Positions 12,959 through 26,676 of a stretch of DNA of 64,000 bases are shown here, one piece after another. This DNA is from Octopus sinensis (Eukaryota), in the NCBI RefSeq assembly GCF_006345805.1, contig NC_042999.1, positions 105,400,001 to 105,464,000 on the forward strand, read 5' to 3'. The notes below the pieces were generated by a model. The model searched no databases. It was not told the origin of the DNA and was given only the letters and a program-made list of their open reading frames with translations. The translations under genes and the position numbers were made by a program. Numbering within the stretch: position 1 is the first letter of the stretch; the number at the start of each line of letters is the position of its first letter.

Positions 12959-13407
12959 CATACATACATACATACATACATACATACATACATACATACC
13001 ATACATACATACATACATACATACATTTATAAATATACGCATATGTATATCCACATATATGTATACTGCTTATATAGGTGTCGGAATATAAGATTCTGTA
13101 AGGCTTTACCCCTGAATATTTATTGATCGATGTGTTTATAAATAGATGTATCAGTGTCACTGGTGTTGTATTCATAAACATGAGTTCTTTGTTATGTTCT
13201 GTATTTATACAATAACACTAGACATATTCTATTAGTGTTAGAGAACTGATAAATTGGCACACGTTGTAAAATTGATCAGAAAACTTTTACTACTCAGGCA
13301 ATGTTCTCCAATATCTTAGTTTCGAGTACCAGTACTAGTCAATGTCTATTATTTGATTGCTGTCTTATATATATGTACATACGTATATTTATATGTGTGT
13401 ATGTATG

Positions 13408-13458
<51 letters not shown>

Positions 13459-15451
13459 TGTATATATATATATATATATTGTTAAAATTTACAGACAACA
13501 AAAGACGAAGACATGTGTCATTGAGACATACATACACACACACACATACATATATTCATACATACATAATACATACATACATACATACATAACCTCGAAA
13601 TCTCCAATTTCTATATTCGGATTACAAATCTACATTTATACCAATATAAACTGTAACAATTGGTTTCGTAAGTAACTGCCAGTTAGCTTGAATTTTCAGA
13701 AGAAATCAACTAAATGACTCGCCCATTACAAATACAATCAGGCGGAACAGTATAACTATGCAAGAATCTTCTTAGGTTTAAAATGCGACATTGTTTTCGT
13801 TATCTATATTACAATTATAGAGCTCTGTAAATTTGTTAGAAACCGGCTCCATATATATAGATTTGCTTGTTTAGCTTATTGTGTCTCGTTCCGTGTGAGA
13901 AAGTAATGCTTGTTTTGAATGAATATCAACACATTTTCCAAATAAATAATCCTAACCCCATCGTTAGTAATATCCATTTTAATAAAAATTATTGACACTT
14001 TTATAGAGATTGTATTAGAATTTCTGCAGTAAATTTGCTGAGAATAGAATAGTTTTTGAAATTGATTGAATGTAATTCTGGATTTTCATTAACACTTTTT
14101 CAATTTAAAGTGTGGATTGTAACTCATTATATCTATTGCTCTATTTATGATCTTGTTCATATATTTAGTATCATTCGTTACTTATTGTTGTATGATAGAT
14201 TGTACGTAACAGATCTCTTGAAATATCCCACTGAAATCTTTGTGTAGAATCATTTACAATTTGTACGTTAGCAGAAATGTTTGTGATTCTGTGGTGTTTA
14301 TATCTTTTCCCTTTATTATTTATATTCACAAAGTAAATGCTCTGATTATAACTCTCCAGATTTAAATAAAGTACGCTTTTACCGAATGATTGACTTGTCA
14401 ACCAATCTACCGTTCATTTCTAATTTTCTCAAGTGTTCTGAATATGGATGTAAGATGCTGTAGGACACTAAAAAAGTTAAATATTTTGGCAAACTAGATC
14501 ACTGGGAAAAATCGAGGCCAATAATTCGGAACAGAAAAGTATTGAAACAAGTACCTTGAGGGCTATATTCAAGTCTCTGAATTACAACTTCAGGATCAAA
14601 GAATATCATTATTTTTTCTGTGTTTGCCTCCTTTATCTCTCTGTCTGTATGTTTCTCTTTCTCACTCTCTCTCTCTCTTTCTATCTAACACTATACAGTC
14701 AAATATCCAAATGTATACAAATGCAAACACGAACACACACATACACATGCACATATTTCTGCACTTGCAGATGTATATGTATGCGTGTATGTTGTTGATA
14801 CTTACAACACAGAATAATGCTGCATAACACATATTAAGAAATTTGTAGTTGCGGAAAATATTACACGTAACAAATGTCAGTGCATTTTAAATATTGAGTA
14901 ACATATGGTTGTACGTGAATACTATAGAAAATAATTAATCATCCGAAAGGTAAATATAGCAAAATTCATATATATCATTGGAGGTAATAATTAGTATCAC
15001 TTTTAAAACACACTATTAAATGCACACGTGACCTAATATAACCCAGTAGTAAAAACGTGTTTTTGAACGAATTGTTTTGAACCCCAAGAGGAAAACGTGT
15101 TTGGTGTAGACAATAAATTATCTACGTTAGAGAAACCACGACAAATTTCAACGGTATTTCAATGAAAAACGTGCACAGTTGTACATATATTATTTTGAAC
15201 ATTTATTAGTGGAATGTTAGTCATTACTAGAAGCCTAGGGAATTATTTCTCATAAGAGTGCGCTCAGCGCTTCTAATGTTTCGAGCAACACATCATTCTA
15301 CTTGCAAAATATATTACAGAATTAAGCAGCCAATCAAATTCACAAGGTACAAATAAAAATATCTTAATTACAGAACTCAACAGATTATGTGCTGAAATGC
15401 ATTTTGAAGGAACTTGCCTTTCAGAACTGACTTAATATCTTCCAAAGCTGG

Positions 15452-15497
<46 letters not shown>

Positions 15498-15583
15498 CTT
15501 TAAGTATGTATGTATGTATGTATGTATGTATGTATGTATGTATGTATGTATGTATGTATGTATGTATGTATGTATGTATATGG

Positions 15584-17392
15584 AAGAAAAGTCAAGGTAG
15601 AAAATACTAAAATAATTTTATGAAAAAGCTTTTGAGTACCGGTTTCAGCCTTTCAGACTTTTTCAACTGTAAGTATAGAAAACAATTAAATTTTGAAAAA
15701 ATTAAAAAGGATTTTTTTAAAGAATATTTGCATAGTATTCAAATACAATGGGCATTTTCCTTGTTTCTGCCTGTCTCTGTCTCTCTTGCTTACTCTTGTG
15801 GATTCGAGGTCGTTGTGAATTCTTGGCAGAGAAGGAGAAGAAGAAGAAGAAGAAGGAAGGGAAGAAAAAGAAGGGGGAGAAGAAGAAAAATGCGGGAGTG
15901 CGATGATAGTAGTAGGACGTTCAATGGTCAAGTTCCCTAAAAGTGACTTGTTGTGGCTGGTAGTAGTGATTGAATTCTTGAGACATCTCTGTTGAATGTA
16001 TTGTTTATAAAATTTGCGTTGGTGTTATTCTCAACGACAATAGTGGTGAAGTTAGGAAGGATGTGGCGGAGAGGAAGAACACGAAGAAGAAGGAGAAAGA
16101 TAAGGGAGAATAAGAAAGGAATGCATGGGGTATGATAGTAGTAGGATGTTAAATTGTCAAGTAACAACAAGTGGCTCTGTATGGATTATAGCAGTGATTG
16201 GGACTGTTTTTAAATGAATTCTTGGGAATCTCTTGAGTGTATCATTTTTAATATTTGCTTGTGTGTTTGTGTTATTCTAAGGCCGTGGTAGTTATGTCGT
16301 TTGTTGTAGATGCGTTCAAAACGGGTCTGTATTTTGTAATAAGCAGAATCTCTTTACCAATTCGTTGGCTACAGGTTGTATCGTCCCTGAATTGGCAGGG
16401 GAAAATTCTGAAGTTTGGATTTTTGTCGTTGGCGCAAATGTCAACGTGTTGGCCGAATGCAATTTTTCTGTTTTGGGAGATTTTGATGTCTGAGTTCGTG
16501 GATGTTGAGTTGAAGAGCACGTTGAAAGCATATGTCAATTAGTGAAGGTGGGTCGTTCCTGGTGATGAGTGTAACAACCAAAGGGGCTGATAAAGGAAGT
16601 GCAGTTGTCTTAATGGACACGGTATTCTCTATAACTCTAGTACTATCCATATTAGAAGTCACAACATATGAAAAAAGCCCAAAACTACAGTCAGCAGAAA
16701 ATAATGAGATACTGTTTTTTGTTTTGCCAATGTATTGCTCTTGACATCCAGATCAGGTTCGTGCGTATATCAGGTTCTTCGAAGCACATGTGAAGCTGCT
16801 TTTCACTGTGAAACGTTGTCCCTATTTGAAGGAGAACTCTGATCCCTCAATTAAATTGTCGCATATCCCACAGTGGGATCTTCCGCATTGTCTTACTGAT
16901 GGCTTCTGTGTTGTTGAGCGTATTCGGGCTTGTGTTAGGAGACTTTTCATAGATATGGGTTGTATCTTGCTTTTTACGATGGTGTGTGTTTGGAGGATTA
17001 AGTTAATTATGTGGTCCTTTTTTTAGCAGGGCAATGTTTTGAAGGAGACTTCATTGTATCGGAGACTTTATTGTTAAGAGGTTTGTGTGTGGATATGTAT
17101 GGTAAGGCTTTTGGCTGTAAATCCTTCTTTAATTTGGGATGTCTGAGTTCGTGGATGTTGAGTTGAAGGGCACGTTGTATGCATATGTCAATTAGTGAAG
17201 GTCGGTCGTTCCTGGTGATGAGTGTAACAACCAAAGGGGCTGATAAAGGAAGTGCAGTTGTCTTAATGCACACGGTATTCTCTATAACCCTAGTACTATC
17301 CATATTAGAAGTCACAACATATGAAAAAAGCCCAAAACTACAGTCAGCAGAAAATAATGAGAGACCTAAAATCCATAATAAACCTATACTTA
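15584..17392 (-). mobile_element. Rearranged, 5'-truncated Penelope-like element (Neptune-type)
   Basis: Minus strand: RT-thumb end (RNDRPSLIDIC..ALPYISTHKPLN), Cys linker CGRSHCGIC, GIY-YIG FTCASKNLIYA..SGCQEQYIGKTK (16709-16905), EN C-terminus KEILLITKYRPVLN (~16315), then a 3' UTR with an HHR. Plus strand: RT N-terminal motif KGADKGSAVVLM at ~16575 and ~17230. Confidence 0.9.
15628..15673 (-). ncRNA. Hammerhead-like motif with U3-A8 core in the PLE 3' terminus
   Basis: AG UUGAAAA AGUCU-GAA-AGGCU GAAA CCGG UA CU. Helix II is 5 bp, helix III ACCGGU is palindromic, helix I is short. Confidence 0.65.
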
Positions 17393-17429
17393 ATATATAT
17401 ATATATATATATATATATCATCGTTTTGT

Positions 17430-18172
17430 GCTATCTATAATTTTCTAATTTCTTGTCCGTTTGAATAGGAAAGTCTCACAAAATCATACATTTCTTCGAT
17501 TCCAGTAATCTTTCGACCCGATGATTGTACTATATGTTTCCAGCTTCAAATCTCCATTTACAGCAGAGTTTGCAGTGTATAACTTTTACAGCCTGGTCAT
17601 CCCTCCCTTTCCTATATTCTTTCTGTGCTAAATTGGGGTATTCTGTCACAATATATGCCACTGTCTTGTTCCAAATTCCACAGGCTCTACATTTTTCTGA
17701 CACACTCTCTCCACACATTTTTTTCAAAGTTGTTTGCTTTTATCGTTTGGGCTTGGGCTGTTACAATTAGGCTCTCAGTTTCTTTCTTTTAATTGACCCT
17801 ATATCAATCCAGCGCTGGAGTTTGCTCCGCATACTTCTTCAGTGAATCTCCTAACTTGGCCATGCAGAGTTTTCTCTTCAATCAGTCTGATATGCTCACT
17901 TTGTATTTCATTCTTGTCCTTTTACCCTTTTACGCGCTTCATCACCTTTTATTTAGTAGCTTTCTGTAAATAATCTTTTAGACTTTTTCTTTACATCTGT
18001 ATATATTTTACTCCTGCTATTAAGCCTCTTCCACCTGGGTCTCTCCTCAAGTACAGCCGGTTGATATCAGCTTTCGGATGGTGGGCTCCATACATAGTCA
18101 ACAACTTCCTAGATTTTCTATCAAGTTTCTCTATATCGTTTCTGGTCAAGTGTAAAATTCCAACTATTATCA
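17430..18172 (-). mobile_element. R4/Dong-like non-LTR retrotransposon fragment
   Basis: KLDRKSRKLLTMYGAHHPKADINRLYLRRDPGGRGL and CRACG..TVAYIV..PNLAQKEYRK.RDDQAVKVIHCKLC (CCHC/RHD region of RLE-type elements). Confidence 0.85.
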
Positions 18173-18181
18173 TTATTATTA

Positions 18182-18762
18182 AGGCGGTGAGCTGCCAGAA
18201 TCGTTAGCACGCCACTCAAAATGCTTAGCGGTATTTCGTCTGCCGTTACGTACTGAGTTCAAATTCCGCGAGGTCGACTTTGCCTTTCATCTTCTCGGGG
18301 TCGATAAATTATGTACCAGTTACGCACTGGTGTCGTTTAATCGACTTAATCCGTTTGTCTGTCCTTGTTTGTCCCGTCTGTGTTTAGCCCCTTGTGGGTA
18401 GTAAAGAAATAAAAATAGGTATTTCGTCTGCCGCTACATTCTGAGTTCACATTCCCCCGAGGTCGACTTTGCCTTTCATCATCTCGGGCTCGATTAAATA
18501 AGTACCAGTTACGGACTGAGGTCGATATAATCGACTTAATCCGTTTGTCTGTCCTTGTTTGTCCCCTCTATGTTTAGTCCCTTGTGAGCAATAAAAAAAT
18601 AGGTATTTTGAATGCCGTTACGTTCTGTGGTCGACTTTGCTTTCATCCTTTCGGGGTCGATTAAATAAGTACCACTGAGGCAATGAGAGCGATGTAATCG
18701 ACTTATTCGCCTTGTTTGTCCACTCTATGTTTAATCTCCTGTGCAAAGTAAAGAAATAAATA
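18182..18762 (+). mobile_element. SINE family B: one head plus three tandem ~185-bp body units
   Basis: Head GGCGGTGAGCTGCCAGAATCGTTAGC. Units start GGTATTT at ~18230, ~18418 and ~18602, each with GTCGACTTTGCCTTTCATC..CGGGGTCGAT..AGTACCA. Confidence 0.85.
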
Positions 18763-18904
18763 TTTGTTAATGTTTGGATGGCGGGGATTTTGAAGATATC
18801 TAACTTGTGTATCACTCTGGGTTAAACGAAGTAAAGGATCTTTTCCCTTGCAACAGCAGATCGAGAAATAATTTTTTGTGATTAAACATTTTCACATTTC
18901 GGAC

Positions 18905-19156
<252 letters not shown>

Positions 19157-19953
19157 GATATATAAATAGGAAAATTCTGCCAACTAGACACCCATTTATT
19201 AATTGTTTTGCAAACAATATATCAAATTCGCTGCACTACAATATTGCCACAGCATTTCCTTTATCTATCACCGCTGGACAATTCGTCGTATCTAATTGGC
19301 TTGATTGATTATCGTCGACATTTTTAGTTTTCTAATACGATTATATAATTCGCCTTATTATAGTAATACATATGTTATTATTTTGCACGATGTATTATAT
19401 CTCAAGATCATTTTGGAAAATTGTAAGTTGTCATTTGCCAAAAGACATTTTTAAAAACTGACGTTTGTATAGAACTGTATTAAATTTGAAATACGATAAA
19501 AAAAGTATCGTGCAAAATACATTGTGCATGGTCTCTTAGAGCATATTTTAAATCTACTAGAATGAACTCTTAATATGTATTATTATATAAACGAAATTAT
19601 TCATCGCTGTAAAAATAATTGTACCTTCACAATTTTTTTCTTTTATACTATGTAGTTTTCTCACCGGAAAGCAACAGATGGTTTGAAAGGTGTTGTAATA
19701 TAATTCACATGAGAAACTTTAAGCCCCAAGTTCTATAACAATATTATGTAGTTTTACTAATGTACTTGTAAAAGCCAGTGGATTAAATTACTTCAGCTTT
19801 CTACCGAACCTCAAAGCAAAATCTTAACTGTTCATTGTAAATATTATTTAAAGTATCAAACTATGTTTCGCTTGTGTTTGCTGATGCTGAAAATTTAGAA
19901 ATAAATATTTATTTTAAATCATAGCGATGGATACATACATACATAATACATAC

Positions 19954-19995
<42 letters not shown>

Positions 19996-19997
19996 AT

Positions 19998-21543
19998 ACA
20001 TAGATGAGGTTGACGCAAATTCAGCTGCTGGCCCTGATGGATTCCCAGTAGTCCTCAAATCGTGTAAACGAGCCCTTGCAAAACCATTGCAGCTTCTTTT
20101 TCAGAGCTTTCTTGCAAGTCGTAAGCTTCCAGGCTACAGACAGAAGGGATAATATGCCCTAGCCATAAGGGAGGAAGCAGAATAGATGCTGAAAAATTAT
20201 AGGCCTATCGCTCTGACTTCATACATCAGCAGAATCATAAAACGAATAGCCCGCCATAAAGTAATCGCGTTCCCTGAAGAAAAGGACTTGCCGATTGTCA
20301 CCCAGCATGAATTTCGACAAGGTAGAATGTGCCTAACTCTCGGAACACTATGGCTGGGTGTTAAAACAGGTGCTCAGTGTGGATCTGATATAACTCGACT
20401 TTGCAAAAGCCTTTGACAAAGTTGACCATGGTATATGTCACAAACTGCGTGATCTCGGCATAGACGGAAAACTTGGTGAGTGGCTGCACCCTGTTCCACA
20501 GGGCACTGTATTAGGGCCACTGCTGTTCATAGTGGTTCTCTTAGACATGCCCTCAGCTGCTCAGTATGTCATCCTTGCTAGCTATGCAGATGGTACAAAG
20601 TCTCTCAGACAATACAAAACCCAGAAAATATTGCATATCTGCAACGTGAGTTGAAAGCAATATGCAGTTGAGCTGAAGACAACAGCATGCAGTTTAATGC
20701 AGGAAAATTCTAAGCCCAGCACTACCAGCAAACAAAGCTGAACGTCATGCAGTCAGGATATACTGGTCCGGAAGAATTGCAATCACTGAATAAAAAAATA
20801 GTGCGTGACCTGAGCATTGACATGAGTAATAATGCATCTTTCCAAGTGCATATTACCAATTTGGTAATAAAAAGCAAACGGCTAGCTGGATAGATCCTCT
20901 GAACTTTCAAAACAAGAGAAAAGGAGACAATGATGGTCTTGAGGAGGGCATACTCCTGCTCCCAACTATGGTCAGCACTCAATATAAAATTAACGGCGGT
21001 ACTCGAAGTAATCCCACGTAGCAACACTAACAAAATCGTCACAGTGCAACATATTAGCTACCGGAAGACTAAAAAATTAAAACTCATCTCCCTAGAACGA
21101 AAGTGGGAAAAAGATATGCAGTGATATACATCTGGAAAATCCTGGAAGGGCCTTGTTCCAAATTTCAACATTGATTGAAAGTTACACAAACATCAGAACT
21201 GGGCACCAATGCATAGTACCAAAGATCTCTGCATCTCCATCAAAATAAAGGATCAGATACAGCAATAGCTTGGGTTTGAAGGGCCCACAGCTCTTCAATA
21301 TCCTTCCAAAATGCCAGAGAGATCTGCCTGGTGTGGATGTAAGTGTCTTCAAAGTAAACCTGGATCTCCTCTTCTCAAGGGCTTCAGATAAACCTATCTA
21401 CAGGCAGGAAACACAGATGAGAAACACCCTCATTCACCAAATGGACACATAGCAGGGAAGGTTTCAGATAATGGTGTAGCACAGTCAACGGTAGTGCTGC
21501 AGCATGACCGCAGCTTTGAAGCTGAAACAATTTAAAGATTTAA

Positions 21544-21545
<2 letters not shown>
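19998..21545 (+). mobile_element. CR1-group LINE, 5'-truncated, decayed RT to 3' tail
   Basis: SAAGPDGFP, KNYRPIALTS, QHEFRQGR, DFAKAFDKVDHG, VPQGTVLGPLLF, YADGTK (YADD), GPQLFNILP. Many frameshifts and internal deletions. Confidence 0.92.
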
Positions 21546-21601
<56 letters not shown>

Positions 21602-21643
21602 TAATAACAATAATCCTAGGATGGAAATTGTGAATATTTAATG

Positions 21644-21779
21644 TATCGCTATGCGCGTTCCCATAAATGATATGACTTTTAAAATCACAGCCCGTATTCC
21701 TGGGATGATAAAAATGTAGTCAGTAGTATCGGTAGCCATCCGATTCATCATCATCATTGATTCATTTCTTCAGGCGATA
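21644..21779 (-). ncRNA. Degenerate type I hammerhead with very long helix II, in a TA-flanked PLE-like segment (~21601-22035)
   Basis: UAUCGC CUGAAGA...GGAA CGCGCA UA GCGAUA. Perfect 6-bp helix I. GAAA and the presumed ACGCGCGU palindrome each carry one change. Confidence 0.6.
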
Positions 21780-22032
21780 TAATATTAATGGGTGAACCAT
21801 AGAGGGATGCTTTTGTCTTTTTAACAGTATGAAGATCAAGCAAGTTATGTGGGAATTTCTGTGTGTATTTGGCGGGGAGGTGTATAAGTTAATGAGAATA
21901 GAGGGAGGAATGGTAGTTATATGGGGATGGAGTAGTGTGTGGGGGCGTTGCATTTATTTTGCTATTCATTCGGCAGATGTTAAGGATGGGTACTACATTC
22001 TTGTGTATAATTTCATGTAAGGACTGACTATC

Positions 22033-22107
<75 letters not shown>

Positions 22108-22878
22108 CATTAATATATGCATACATACATAGGTATGTGCATACATAAATATATGTAAGTATGTATATATTACTGCATTAATACAAAAATCGGATCTATA
22201 TCTGGCACAAACTTATCGTATCGTCTATTATAGTGATCCAGGTTCATTTTCAGCTTATATCTATAAAGCTGGTATCCGCCTAGAAAAAGAAAGCGTACAC
22301 GAAAAGCAAAATAAATCATTAAAACTAAGAACTGGCAGAAAAAATGAGTAAAAATGAAAATACAAGCCATGATGATATTACATAGGTATAAATGATGATC
22401 TGCCTGCTTTTTTTTTTTTTCACCACTTTAGGCAAAAGATGATGATGATAGCGTGTCTAATAAAGTCCATTATCAAATACTAAGGGGACGACAAGACATA
22501 AATCAATAAAATTGTGAGATCACAATGACTAGTAGTATTTCTTTTATGGCAATGTACAGTTTTTTTTTAGTTTCACACCATTATAGACAGCGTAAAAGAA
22601 ATGTTTTTATTATTCTTGTTGCATAGAATGTAGTGCATGGTCTCATAAGTGAAGACAAAGAAAAGCAACTTCCTCCGCAAACAGATCATATTTCGATGCA
22701 CATACTCAGTCTATACTCACACATGGTATACACGTGTATAAGTACACACACATACGCACGCACATAAACACACACACACACACACACACACATATGTATA
22801 GCAGCATGCAAATATATGTGTATAAGTATGCAAGTACATGTATATAAATACAAATTGCACACACAGTACAGATATACA

Positions 22879-22920
<42 letters not shown>

Positions 22921-23957
22921 GAAGAAGCGGACATCAAATGAGAGAAAATGTTGGCAAATCGTTTCAATGCTAAGAAACTAATATTTGTTCCATTATAGTT
23001 TATGATGGTCAACTTTGACAGCTCTCTATTTCACCGTCAATAAATTTACAAAAGCACCATACCCTGAATACTTCTCATTGAACCAATCACACTCAGAGAC
23101 ATGTGCGTACATGTGCATATCTATATGTATATATACATATGCATACATATATATTTATATATATATATATGTATGTGTACGTATTTGGGTGTGTATGTAT
23201 GTATGTATACATACATACATATATATTTATATATAAATGAAAATATCTATGTATATTTTCACATATGAAGAGATCCATGGAATCTCAAGCAATTTGCTTA
23301 CTGCATTTATGATGATGCTCCAATAATGTCCACATATACATTAATTCATATACATTTTCCAACCCCAATTGAAAATTCCGAACAGAAATGGGGATAAATC
23401 AATAAGATAGTACTCTACATTTTGGTTCATAGAAAGGTGTACTTAAACAGGTCTTCTAAGGTCTTTTTGAGTCTAATTGATTAAAAGCAATTACTATCTT
23501 AAAAGTAAACTGTTTTTTTGGTTTAGATATTATTTTCCGTATTTTAATACATTGTGTCACCTATATAATATTACTTGTAGAATAAAATTGCATTTTCTTT
23601 AAAAGTCGATTTTTAAACATCAAACTAAGGTAAGATATATCTGTATATGAAGTGGTATATATGTATTTATGTATTTGCTTCATGTTCTGGTCACGAATAT
23701 AAGTGTGTATGGTGTTCAGTGTGAAAGTGACATTGTGTAGTTATGCATGCCACGTAACTTGAATGGCATATGACCTTGAAATTTTTAATATTTCTTTTTT
23801 CCCCGTACGCTGTATGAATGTGGCAGAGAGGACCAATATAACACTTAAAGATTATATCATGTACACTGCACGAGTGCATAATAATTCTTTTTAGTCACAC
23901 ATATGTAGAGAGATACATAAAATTACGTACCTATCTGTATCTATGTTTATATCTTTC

Positions 23958-24008
<51 letters not shown>

Positions 24009-24036
24009 ATGTATATACATACATACATGCATATAC

Positions 24037-24112
<76 letters not shown>

Positions 24113-25770
24113 TGAGAGGGAGATAAATAGATAAATAGAGAGATATAAATATATATGTATATATATATGTATGTATGTATGCTTGTATATTCATATTATG
24201 TGTGTATGTGTGTGTACTTGTATTCTTCAAAAGCACTGTTAAATACCTTAGACGGCAACAACAAAAGCTGCAGTTTAGAGGTGTATATAGGTCACAGATA
24301 TTTCATTAAGTGGCAGGATATAAACATATGCACCTGACTTAGAGCAAGGGAATTTGATTTGGAGCCTCCCTTCATTCTGAAGGAACCATTACACGTTGTA
24401 AGCATTTTTTATTAAATAGATCTAATTTAATTCAAAATTCAAAATGCAGGAATGTTATTTACAGATACAGTTAAGTACAGTTCATTAGTTGTGTCAAAGA
24501 CAGAACTTAATATCTGCCTTTTGGAAATATGTTCGCAGTCAGAATGCTCGTAGCTTGGAATCTAATCTTGTTAATGACCCACAATATAGGTATATCATTT
24601 AAGTTTTATCAATAATCTATAAAGGCAAAATAAACAAAATACTAGAGATTATTCACTAATGATGTGCAAGAAAATAAAACACCATCTCCAATCTAGAGGC
24701 AGAATATTGAAGGCTAAATTTCGTATATCGATTCATCATATCTACAGCTTGTAATATCCATGAACGTTCTGCTAAGTATTCTACATCGTCGAAATTAACT
24801 TGTGATGCATGTTTTCTTTTTCCTATTTATCAATAATATTATCTGCGGCAATGTAAATTTATCACATCATCCCCTGCGATTACTACACATTATCTATTAA
24901 CACTGAACTGAGAAGAAATGGCTGCAGAGTATTGATGCCTTGTGATGTAACATACAGAATGTCAAAGAAAGAAATGTTGACATATGCATTTTCATCGACA
25001 ATGGTTAGGAAACGGGATCGGGAAACCACAAATTATCATTTTACTTGTATAGGCAGCGATCATAACTTACAATTATTCGTTATCAGATGAGATTCTAATC
25101 CGAATGCTTGCAAAATATTGGTCACTTCTGTTATGGGAATCTTAATATGATAATTTCAATTCGAGATTCGGATTAAAACCGGTGTGCTAGAAGCAATTTA
25201 CTTTAAATATTGATTTCGAAATTAGAAACAAGGTAATACATTAGTTGATATTTCAGTAGCCTTAAATTCTGGAGTGCTTTTTTGCTAACATTTTTTTGAC
25301 TTTTTCTTAAAAGCTTATCATCCTACATATTTGATAAAGGTCTACTATGATATTCAAAATTTGTTTCTTGTAAATTTAAATTCCATCCTCATTATATTAA
25401 TTTGATGGTTATACGCACTTATTGCTACGAGGCTAGTTTTCCTATAGTGGATATAAATGAATTTCTAGAAAAGTCATCATAAAGAAATATATATCAATGT
25501 TTAAATATATCATTGCTAAAGTTGTCTGACGCAAGTGAGGTAATAAATACTTAATTTTATGTATTTCCTAATGTGTACTATACTCTAGTGTATGATTTTA
25601 ATATTGAAAACAGGCACTGAAAATTTTGCTTTTATTTTAAACCAAATGATAACAATCCAAATCATAACATCTAGATACAAAGAAAAAAAGTAAAGAAAAA
25701 TAAAATAGGGTTACGCAGTAGAATATGGAGGGGGTGCAATGAGCCACCCATCCCAGAACAAATGGTGTGA

Positions 25771-26676
25771 TCAACCGTAAATTGCAGTAATGATGGCGAT
25801 GGCATTGCCGTGGAGAATGGCTAGCGACAATAACTGCAGGAGTGGTTCCACCTCGCGGTAGCCATTTCTTAGTCGGGTCACCATAATTCCGATTTTTCCG
25901 GAGGAAACCAGTAGTTCAGCGTCCGAGGAACATCTGTAGTTTTCAACATCGACCGACACAAAGTGATAACGATTATTAAGGGCTCCGTATTTATTTATGT
26001 TACTCATTTCTGAGTTATGGTTAGGAGGGTTGGAAACAGGAGAACCTGTCGCTGCGCATCGCATCCAAGATTTGGGATCTGACTCCCTCGAGTGGTTAGA
26101 GGGTTGTTTCATTGGGGCGCTTACTATCCGCGCGGTGAAAGTCTACTGGCTCCAGTTGAAACCAGAAGCTAGCCGAGTCAAGGCCTCTTCCACTTATGTC
26201 ATTCAGAGCGGCGTATGAGGGTAATTGGTTCGCGGTAAAGATAATGGATGCAGGCTGAATTAATCGTATGCGAACAACGATATTTGTGCGCACACACACG
26301 CGGAGAACGACGTTTTGGGCCACTCCAATACGACTGCATTTATAATCTAGAATGGTTCCAGTAAATGAGGAGGGCAGTGAATTAAGCCATGTGCCAATAT
26401 TTGACCGTGAAGCAGAACCAAGGCAGGAAAGGTCTAACGATCTCTAAATCGGTTTGAGTGTAGACGTCCATCTGATGTCATTCCAGTTACGTTGGACGTC
26501 CACATTCTGGGGAATGGCAAGGCGGTCCAGTCGACTAGGGCTGACTCCAGTTCCCGGGTTAGATTTCTTTCGACCATCCCGATGACGGTGCAGGTGGAGG
26601 AGACCAAAGGAAAATAGGCCGGCAGAGACAAGTCCAATGAGGAACGGAGACCAAGGCCACCGAATATAATGAGCAA
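25771..26676 (-). mobile_element. CRE-like RLE non-LTR retrotransposon 3' fragment
   Basis: GGLGLRSSLDLSLPAY, GTWLNSLPSSFTGTILD, YAALNDI..LEPVDFHRADSKRPN (RH...KRPDG), KYGAL..FVSVDVE, QLLSLAILHGNAIAI. Confidence 0.8.

Noticed and set aside
13305-13350. Additional hammerhead (minus: UUGACU AGUAC-UG-GUACU C GAAA CUAAG)
   Set aside because: Core box, helix I and cleavage triplet are too degenerate to count, although the TA-flanked context fits.
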